NCBI GenBank assembly: GCA_964549075.1
Contig: CAZJUB010000006.1
Location: 11,805 to 75,804 of the forward strand
Direction of reading: 5' to 3'
Length of the DNA: 64,000 nucleotides
From: an uncultured archaeon
GTDB taxonomy: Archaea; Asgardarchaeota; Heimdallarchaeia; Heimdallarchaeales; Heimdallarchaeaceae
The translations under genes and the position numbers were made by a program. This document shows, piece after piece, positions 57,230 through 64,000 of the stretch. Every line of letters begins with the position of its first letter. Positions within the stretch are counted from its first letter, which is position 1. The notes below the pieces were generated by a model, which was not told where the DNA came from, made no database searches, and worked only from the letters and a program-made list of their open reading frames with translations.

Positions 57230-59173
57230 ATGGTAGTATTTGAAGTAAATGAAGTTACTCTTTATAAAATGGGTGTTGGATGGTTAAGTTCTCAAGCCTC
57301 TTTTAAAGAAAAAGAAGTAAGCTTTCCTGTTCTTGTAAAAAATCAGGATGACTTTCTGAAGACATTCCATGTCGAAGTGACTGGAGAAGCTCTTTTATCC
57401 TCAATAGCCTTCGATACTGAGGAAGGAAAGGATTTGGAAATAGAACAAGATGGTGAGGCATTGACTACAATATTGAACCTTCTAGCTGGTTCTAGCGTAG
57501 TTGTAGATACAAAAGATGAAAAGAACATTGAAGGTAAATTGATTGGTTATCAAGTGTTAGAAGATCATGAGGATTCAGTAAAACTTGAAGTAATTTTACT
57601 AACTGATGATTACAAAATTCATCATATCTTTTCTGACAACTTACAGAATATTATACCTAAAGAAGAATTCTTTATCAAAACTCTTTCAGAACAGATTGAT
57701 TTACTCTCAAAGAGTAAAAAAGAGAACGTGAAAAATATCAAAATAAATTTCACCGAAGAAGGCGAAAAAGATGTTAAAATATCTTATTTAACAGAGTTAC
57801 CTGCATGGTTATCCTCATATCGAATATATGGCTTAGATGAGAATAACGCAGTTTTTGAATTGTGGAGTCTTGTAACTAATAATTCACAACAAGATTGGAT
57901 TGATGCTAAAATTCACCTAATTACGGGTTTACCTCTCTCCTTTAGATATGATATAAGTTCTCCATGGATAATCGACAGACCTTTTGTAAAAAGACCTAGA
58001 CAGATGGGAATAAGTGTTATGACACCTGAAGCTGAATATGAAATGGCTAAAGAAGCGATGCCACCACCTATGGCTGCTCCTGCACCTAGTGGAATCGCTA
58101 GAGCAAAAAAGAGGTCTGTTAAGGAACTTGGAGTTGTTTCTTCATTAGAAGAAAGTGCTGAGGATTACTACGAATATTCTGCTGCGTCTGAAGCTGCAGC
58201 TGAAGTAGTAACTACTACAGAAAGTGTCTCATTTAGCTTAAAACAGCTAGTAACAATCAAAAAAGGAGAATCTGCTTTACTTCTTTTACATTCTGTCAAC
58301 GTCCCAAAAGAAACAATCAATATTTATAATCAAACACAACATGCTTCTAATCCTTTCAAAGCAATGGAAGTAGAAAATAAAGCTGGTTATGGTTGGGAAG
58401 CTGGTCCAGTAACAATTTATGAAAAGGGTGAATATGCTGGTGAATCCATGCTTCCACGTGTTTCTAAAGGTGATAAACAAATTATTCCTTATCTAGTAGA
58501 ACAAGATATTTTAATTAAACAAGAAGAATTTACTACAACCAAGAAGATTGGGATCTCTCTTTCTAACCAATATTACGTGGAAACTTATCTTAATACAAAG
58601 ACCTACAAATTAGATCTTAATAATAAGAGTGATGAGGAAAAATTGGTTATAGTCGAACTTCCAAAAATGTATGGTTATTCTATTAACAAGCGAAAAATGA
58701 AATTAGATTCATCAGAGACTCCTAATTACTTTAGAGTGAAGATTACTCTTGAATCTAAGTCTATTCAAAAAATAGAGATACCTACTGAAAGAAAAACATC
58801 AGAGAGTGTTTCAATTGCTTCTGTATCAGATGAATATCTCGATGAACTTCTTAAACTTGATACACTAAAAACAACTCAAATCTCTATTCTAAAGAAAATA
58901 AAACAACTTCGAAAAGAAAAATACAAAAATAACGAGCAAATTGATTCTGAACGATCTAATCTTAATAGAATAGATAAAGAATATCAACGAATTACTGAAT
59001 CTATCAAGGTTTTAAAGAGTGATGGAGACGAAGGTAAAACAAGATCAAAATATGTAGATAAAATGAATAGTCTCTTTGAAACAATGGAAACAAAACGAAA
59101 ACTTCTGGAAGAATTACAGATACGATTAGACCAGATTGAGGAGGAAATCTATAAACTATTAGATGAGCTTTAA
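57230..59173 (+). CDS. DUF4139/DUF4140-like protein with a C-terminal coiled coil
   Basis: VTLYK.GVG, DDFLK, SYL...P.W..SYR, V.N.S..DW and GP.T.Y..G.Y.GE. Confidence 0.8.
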   Translation: MVVFEVNEVTLYKMGVGWLSSQASFKEKEVSFPVLVKNQDDFLKTFHVEVTGEALLSSIAFDTEEGKDLEIEQDGEALTTILNLLAGSSVVVDTKDEKNIEGKLIGYQVLEDHEDSVKLEVILLTDDYKIHHIFSDNLQNIIPKEEFFIKTLSEQIDLLSKSKKENVKNIKINFTEEGEKDVKISYLTELPAWLSSYRIYGLDENNAVFELWSLVTNNSQQDWIDAKIHLITGLPLSFRYDISSPWIIDRPFVKRPRQMGISVMTPEAEYEMAKEAMPPPMAAPAPSGIARAKKRSVKELGVVSSLEESAEDYYEYSAASEAAAEVVTTTESVSFSLKQLVTIKKGESALLLLHSVNVPKETINIYNQTQHASNPFKAMEVENKAGYGWEAGPVTIYEKGEYAGESMLPRVSKGDKQIIPYLVEQDILIKQEEFTTTKKIGISLSNQYYVETYLNTKTYKLDLNNKSDEEKLVIVELPKMYGYSINKRKMKLDSSETPNYFRVKITLESKSIQKIEIPTERKTSESVSIASVSDEYLDELLKLDTLKTTQISILKKIKQLRKEKYKNNEQIDSERSNLNRIDKEYQRITESIKVLKSDGDEGKTRSKYVDKMNSLFETMETKRKLLEELQIRLDQIEEEIYKLLDEL

Positions 59174-59175
59174 TT

Positions 59176-59910
59176 CTACGATTTCTCTACTCTTTGTTCT
59201 AACCATTTGTCTATCTCTTGAAAGAGCTGTTTTCTCCCAGAATCTTTTGGTATAACATGACCTCCTTTTAAAATTTGGATTATTTTTTTATCTTTTGAAG
59301 ATACAGAATTAAGTATTTTCTCAGCATGTTTAAGAGAAATAGTGGGATCATTTTTTGCGTATACAATCAGAATCGGAATTGTTATGTTTACCATTGCTTT
59401 TTTATTTATTTGAAAAAGTTTGAACAGTTGAGGAATGAATTTTACAGGAAAAGCTCCATAGCTTTTGTGTGTTTTTAGAGATTTCAAGTCTTCCCACCCT
59501 TTTTCTTCACCTTTATGATAAGGGTAAATAACATGTACGAAAGGGATATAAGCGAGTAAATACATCCTCCAGTCTGGAGAAAACGCAGGTGAAGCAAGAG
59601 GGATGATTCCACTAATATCGGGATTTTTGGAACCTAAGTAAAGTGTTATCGCCCCTCCTAAAGATAGTCCGCAAACAAACACATTTTCGTACTTTTCTTT
59701 TAAGTTATCTAATTGTTCTTGAGCAAAATCTGTCAATTCAAACCATTTTCTGTCTTTCAAATCCTCCAATGACGTCTCATGACCTGGCAATATGATATTG
59801 TGAACAACATATCCCTGGTTTTTCAGGTGTTTTTCTAATGGTATCATTTCAAAATGAGTTCCAGTAAAACCATGTATTAAAAGGAAAGCAGTCTTATTTT
59901 CTTTAGTCAT
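59176..59910 (-). CDS. Carboxylesterase/monoacylglycerol lipase (YvaK/Est30-like alpha/beta hydrolase)
   Basis: LIHGFTG, LPGH, GLSLGG, ND and GH. Confidence 0.9.
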   Translation of the reverse strand: MTKENKTAFLLIHGFTGTHFEMIPLEKHLKNQGYVVHNIILPGHETSLEDLKDRKWFELTDFAQEQLDNLKEKYENVFVCGLSLGGAITLYLGSKNPDISGIIPLASPAFSPDWRMYLLAYIPFVHVIYPYHKGEEKGWEDLKSLKTHKSYGAFPVKFIPQLFKLFQINKKAMVNITIPILIVYAKNDPTISLKHAEKILNSVSSKDKKIIQILKGGHVIPKDSGRKQLFQEIDKWLEQRVEKS

Positions 59911-60004
59911 TTGAAGAAAGTTCTCTTAAGAAATTAAAAATTTTAGCATTACAAGAAGATTTTTCAGCGGAAAAACTCAAAAAGACTAAAAATAATTTAC
60001 TGTT

Positions 60005-60622
60005 GTGATAGACACACCTACTTTCTATGCACTTATAGGGATAATGTCAGCTGTTGTATTCGCTTGGCTCGTTTTAGTGATAATTAGAAGAATTCGATAT
60101 GAGTTTTTTATTGTACTTGCATTCATATTAATCATTTTATCAATAACCCTTACAGGCGATTACTCTGGACTATATTACCTTTCTGCAAAAAATCAATATA
60201 TCTATCAAATTATAGCAATTTGCTTAGCTTGTATAGCTTTTCTCTTTGTTTTGATGGGGATATTTTCTGCAAGAAAAAGATGGATTAAAAAGAGAGGAAC
60301 AAACAATCTAAACAGTTTTAGAAATCTAGCTTTTTTTGCTTATGTAAGACATCCTATCACATTCAGCAGTATGTTAATCTCTATATCTTTGATGTTATTA
60401 TTTCAATCAATCCTTTCAAATGTTCTTGCTGGTTTAGCTTTAATTGTATTTACGACTTCTTCTTTAGAAAAAGATATATTCTTACAAAAGCTCTACGGAT
60501 ATCCCTACAAAGTTTATGCAAGACAAGTACCTCGTTTTAATGTATTACATGGAATGCTTCGTTCTTTTATTATCAGAGAAAGAAGCAAGGGTCAAAACGA
60601 TGATTTAGTAATATATGATTGA
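60005..60622 (+). CDS. ICMT/PEMT-family integral membrane methyltransferase-like protein
   Basis: YVRHP, E...L...YG..Y..Y...VPRF. Confidence 0.72.
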   Translation: MIDTPTFYALIGIMSAVVFAWLVLVIIRRIRYEFFIVLAFILIILSITLTGDYSGLYYLSAKNQYIYQIIAICLACIAFLFVLMGIFSARKRWIKKRGTNNLNSFRNLAFFAYVRHPITFSSMLISISLMLLFQSILSNVLAGLALIVFTTSSLEKDIFLQKLYGYPYKVYARQVPRFNVLHGMLRSFIIRERSKGQNDDLVIYD

Positions 60623-60625
60623 AAA

Positions 60626-61075
60626 TTACTTTATAATTTCCTTAATAATAGCAGGACAAATTTCTTTTATTCCTCTGATATTTTCTATCTTTTTGATAAA
60701 TTTATTAAGTTCTTCGTCATCTTTCATCCAGATTTCAATAAGAAGATCGTGATCTCCACTTGATGAATAAATCCTCAAACTTTCATCCATTTTCTTTAGT
60801 TTTTGAATTGTTGAAATATATGTTTGTGCAGTAGTATCTAATCCAAGTAACACTCTCATACCATATCCTAATTTTTTAGGATTTATATCAATAGAATACC
60901 TCTCTATTATTCCTTGATTTTCCATCCTTCTTACACGTTTTCGAATAGCTGTTTCAGTGACATTCAACTCTTTAGCAATATCAACAAATGACCTTCTACT
61001 GTTCTTTAACAAAATCTCTATTATGTCAAAATCTGAGATTTTTGCTTTAGTTTCGATGTCTGAAATTCGAACCAC
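60626..61075 (-). CDS. Lrp/AsnC-family transcriptional regulator
   Basis: D..I...L..NSR.SF.DIAK.L.V.E.A.RKRV..M...GII and SSGDHD. Confidence 0.93.
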   Translation of the reverse strand: MVRISDIETKAKISDFDIIEILLKNSRRSFVDIAKELNVTETAIRKRVRRMENQGIIERYSIDINPKKLGYGMRVLLGLDTTAQTYISTIQKLKKMDESLRIYSSSGDHDLLIEIWMKDDEELNKFIKKIENIRGIKEICPAIIKEIIK

Positions 61076-61135
61076 CTATTTTTGAAATTCGGAAACATTT
61101 ATATAAATATATTCTTTCGTCAAAATGGTGACAAT

Positions 61136-61804
61136 ATGACACTGAAAGAACTCCCTGAAACAGGGAAAATACCACTCATAGGTACAATGTTTCCTAAATT
61201 AGCTGTCCAAACTACACAAGGACTAAAACGACTACCTGGAGACTATAAAGGTAAATGGGTAATTCTATTTAGCCATCCAGGAGATTTTACTCCAGTTTGT
61301 ACAACTGAATTTGTTTCTTTCCAGAAACATTATGAAGAATTTAAAGCAATGAACACTGAATTAATTGGTTTAAGTGTTGATCAAGTTTACAGTCATATAA
61401 AATGGATAGACTGGATTAAAGAAAACTTAGATGTTGAAATAAAATTCCCAATAATTGCAGATCATGGTGAAGCTGCACGAGCACTTGGAATGCTTCATGC
61501 CAAAGGTAGCAATACTGTAAGAGCAGTCTTTATTTTTGATCCAAAAGGCATTATACGTGCTATTCTTTACTATCCTTCAGAACTTGGAAGAAACATGAAA
61601 GAAATCTTAAGAATGATTAAAGCTTTGAGAATCGCTGAACAAAATGATGTTGCTATGCCAGCCAATTGGCCAGAAAATGAATTGTTCGGAGATGATGTTA
61701 TCGTTCCTCCTGCTGCTGATGTTGATGCTGCAGAAGAGCGTCTTAAAGATGATTCGATAGCATGTTTAGATTGGTGGCTTTGCCATAAAAAGAATCCTGC
61801 TTAA
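61136..61804 (+). CDS. Peroxiredoxin (archaeal Prx6-type)
   Basis: [29 protein letters not shown] and C.DWW.C. Start ATG 61136 with GGTGA SD. Confidence 0.95.
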   Translation: MTLKELPETGKIPLIGTMFPKLAVQTTQGLKRLPGDYKGKWVILFSHPGDFTPVCTTEFVSFQKHYEEFKAMNTELIGLSVDQVYSHIKWIDWIKENLDVEIKFPIIADHGEAARALGMLHAKGSNTVRAVFIFDPKGIIRAILYYPSELGRNMKEILRMIKALRIAEQNDVAMPANWPENELFGDDVIVPPAADVDAAEERLKDDSIACLDWWLCHKKNPA

Positions 61805-61813
61805 ATCTATCAG

Positions 61814-61838
61814 ATTTTTTTTCTTTTATCTTTTTCTT
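61814..61838 (+). terminator. Putative T-rich terminator after peroxiredoxin
   Basis: Long T tracts 10-35 nt after the stop codon. Confidence 0.35.
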
Positions 61839-61877
61839 AGAAATAAATATATTCCAGTAATTTTTCAGTTAGATATA

Positions 61878-62723
61878 ATGAGCTTTCAAATTGAATACGT
61901 TGATACAAATGAGAATCCTGAAGTAAAAATACGGTTAGCAATTTTCAAAACCAAAAATGTTGATAAAGAAGCTAAACCAGTTATTATAATACCAGGTTGG
62001 TTAAGTGCTATTGATAACTTTACACCTTTAGCGGAAGCTTTGCAGAAATATAGAACAGCAATAATTTATGAACCAAGAGGATTTGGAAAAAGCCTAACAC
62101 CTCATAAAAAAGGACTGTTTAGTCCTGAAGAATATGATAAAGAGCTTGCAAAAGTGATTGAATATTTAGGTTTCAAGGATAAAGACTTCATTATATTAGG
62201 TAGTTGTTCAGGATCATCACAAATGTATGATTTTTATCTTAATGAAAAAGGTCCAAAACCTGTTTTTCTTGCAGCATTCAATTCTCAAGAAAAGTATGAT
62301 ATGCCGTTTTTTGTCCCAGTTTTAGGAGTGATTCCAACATTCGTCATGAAATTCGTCCAAAGGATGATAATTGTTATTTATCGTTTCATACTTAAATTAA
62401 AAAGAACAGGTGAATCTCCTAATGTTACTTGGGCTGCTAATAGATTAAAAGTGAATGATGATTGGAGTCTTCGCCGTCATGTGATAGAATTTACTAATAA
62501 ATATAATATTAGAGGTAGACAGAGCGAAATTGATGTACCTTTAATTACATTTACAGCTGAGAAAGACCATTTTGTTAATCCTGAAGTGTCAAAGAAATTT
62601 TTACACAATCAGGATTCTGAGTTAGTAATCTTAAAAACAGAATTTCATAGAATTCATGAAGGCAGAGAAGAAAAAATAGCTGAAGATATCCAAAAATTCG
62701 CAGAAAAATTAAAAGTTGCTTGA
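61878..62723 (+). CDS. Alpha/beta hydrolase with a Cys at the nucleophile elbow (GSCSG); paralog of 56323..57177
   Basis: IPGW, YEPRGFGKS, LGSCSG, EKDHF and EFHR. Confidence 0.82.
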   Translation: MSFQIEYVDTNENPEVKIRLAIFKTKNVDKEAKPVIIIPGWLSAIDNFTPLAEALQKYRTAIIYEPRGFGKSLTPHKKGLFSPEEYDKELAKVIEYLGFKDKDFIILGSCSGSSQMYDFYLNEKGPKPVFLAAFNSQEKYDMPFFVPVLGVIPTFVMKFVQRMIIVIYRFILKLKRTGESPNVTWAANRLKVNDDWSLRRHVIEFTNKYNIRGRQSEIDVPLITFTAEKDHFVNPEVSKKFLHNQDSELVILKTEFHRIHEGREEKIAEDIQKFAEKLKVA

Positions 62724-63596
62724 TTAAGAAATAGTAGGTATTAATGATATTATAATTGTACCCATACCAGTATTACTCCCAATAATTGGTGTGGCAGGTG
62801 TGATAAAGCTTTTATTTATTTTCCTCTTCTTTTCCAATTTTCTGACAATAATTTCGGTTCCTTCTTTGTTATTAACATGACTTACAATTAAATCATAAGT
62901 AATTGAAGGATCTGTTCCCTTAAAAGCTAGTCTGATTAATCTGCTAATCATAGCCCTGTTAGTAAAAAATGCTGGAATCGTTGACTCTAAAATCCCAGGT
63001 CTCTCCATTTCAACTATAGGTTTGATTCCAATCAATTTTGTTAGATTTAGTATAATTTTGGATTTTAAACGTCCGGATTTGTAAACATTATCGAGAGTAT
63101 GAAAACCGGCATTAAGATAATATTGTTCTATCGCTTTGTTTACTTTCTTTTCAATTTCTTCTGGAGAAAAATCCTTTTCTGCCAATTCAGCAATTGCTAA
63201 AGCTATCAATCCTTGAACACCAGAAGCTGATTGAGTATTGATAATAGACACTTTATCTTTATATTCTTTAGCTGCAACTCTAACTGCTAGAAAAGTTGAA
63301 CTACTCAAATCTTTTGCAACTGATACACAGAAAACATAATCATAATTTAAATCTTCTAAGCTTTCTCTAATATGATTTACAAAATCTGATGGTTCGGGAT
63401 TTGAAGATGATGGTATAAAATCTGAAACTTTCAACTTTTCATAAAAATCTTCAACAGAGATATCAACTCCTAATTTCCATGGTTTATCATCAAAAATAAC
63501 TATATGCGGGATTCTAACTATGTTGTATTTTTCTAATAACTCATCTGGTAGATCAGCTGCTGAATCTGTTATAACTCTAATTTTCAACCTTCTCAT
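62724..63596 (-). CDS. DegV/FakB-family fatty-acid-binding protein
   Basis: ITDSAADLP, SSNP, KSGRL, IKP, SH and IGSNTG. Start probably ATG 63596. Confidence 0.88.
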   Translation of the reverse strand: MRRLKIRVITDSAADLPDELLEKYNIVRIPHIVIFDDKPWKLGVDISVEDFYEKLKVSDFIPSSSNPEPSDFVNHIRESLEDLNYDYVFCVSVAKDLSSSTFLAVRVAAKEYKDKVSIINTQSASGVQGLIALAIAELAEKDFSPEEIEKKVNKAIEQYYLNAGFHTLDNVYKSGRLKSKIILNLTKLIGIKPIVEMERPGILESTIPAFFTNRAMISRLIRLAFKGTDPSITYDLIVSHVNNKEGTEIIVRKLEKKRKINKSFITPATPIIGSNTGMGTIIISLIPTIS

Positions 63597-63768
63597 GCAA
63601 AGTACTTTAAATACTGTTAAAAAGTGTTTGTGTATAATGGAGCATGTATAAGATTCTGGTGAACTCATCGTTTTTTTTCTAATCTGCAGTTTCTTCTAAA
63701 ATAAAGTTTAATAAAGAAAAAAAGCTTAAAACAAACCATATTTTAAGTTTTTTTCACATTGTTCAAAT

Positions 63769-64000
63769 TTACTTCTTTGTTTTAGTTTTATCTAATTTTG
63801 ATCCAATTTTTATTTTGTTCCTCAAATCCTTCCAGGTCCAACCTTTCACTTTCATGGTAAGATACAGAATAAAGTAGAGTAGACCTAGTACTCCTATTAT
63901 TATTCCTCCAACTCTTGAAGCTATTTCTTTATTACTCTTAGGGTAATCAGTGATATTGTGTGGATCAGTACCTCTTAGCACCTCTACGCCATCTTTCCAC
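63769..64000 (-). CDS. C-terminal end of a membrane-anchored surface protein (5' part outside the window)
   Basis: The frame stays open to the window edge: WKDGVEVLRGTDP (Ca-binding DGxE..GTDP repeat type), then a TM helix and a basic tail. Confidence 0.65.
   Translation of the reverse strand, partial: WKDGVEVLRGTDPHNITDYPKSNKEIASRVGGIIIGVLGLLYFILYLTMKVKGWTWKDLRNKIKIGSKLDKTKTKK

Noticed and set aside
1610-58480. Many short opposite-strand or alternate-frame ORFs in the track (e.g. 1610..1885, 10737..10955, 13281..13571, 18563..18865, 27871..28227, 34189..34524, 43026..43262)
   Set aside because: They overlap well-supported genes and show the Ser/Phe/Ile-rich composition of antisense shadows, with no motifs.
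60005-60622. ICMT-like enzyme as a methylase for a prenylated Rab-like GTPase
   Set aside because: The GTPase in the window has no C-terminal Cys/CaaX motif, the family is widespread in prokaryotes, and the RHPxY tyrosine is replaced.

Overview
AT-rich, gene-dense archaeal chromosome segment that looks like an Asgard archaeon, most plausibly Heimdallarchaeia-like. That call is inferred from a profilin, a Rab-like small GTPase, longin/DENN-like proteins, a PCI-domain protein, an archaeal ATP-dependent DNA ligase and GGTGA Shine-Dalgarno motifs. Recognisable housekeeping content: DNA ligase, a complete but rearranged A/V-type ATPase cluster (F, A, B, D, E, I, K, C, H, with an inserted USP gene and subunit C on the opposite strand), acyl-CoA ligase, NAAAR/OSBS plus GNAT, a Ni/Co ECF transporter, a TusA-SQR-TusA-DsrE2-DsrE sulfur-relay operon, M14 carboxypeptidase, WecB, a TSUP exporter, Lrp and peroxiredoxin. 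The most unusual elements are: (i) a 902-aa fusion of a catalytically dead CofD domain, a helical region, a PCI-like domain and a C2H2 finger; (ii) a set of small-GTPase-related proteins (an intact Rab-like GTPase, a pseudo-Rab, two paralogous longin-like/degenerate-GTPase fusions, a DENN/GAP1-like protein and a 7TM-longin fusion); (iii) two DegV genes, each next to a Cys-nucleophile alpha/beta hydrolase; (iv) a small ORF coupled to an RRE-like radical SAM/SPASM enzyme; and (v) a cytoplasmic IFT52-like GIFT-domain protein. I saw no rRNA, tRNA, CRISPR array or transposase. All family calls are by eye from motifs, with no database searches.
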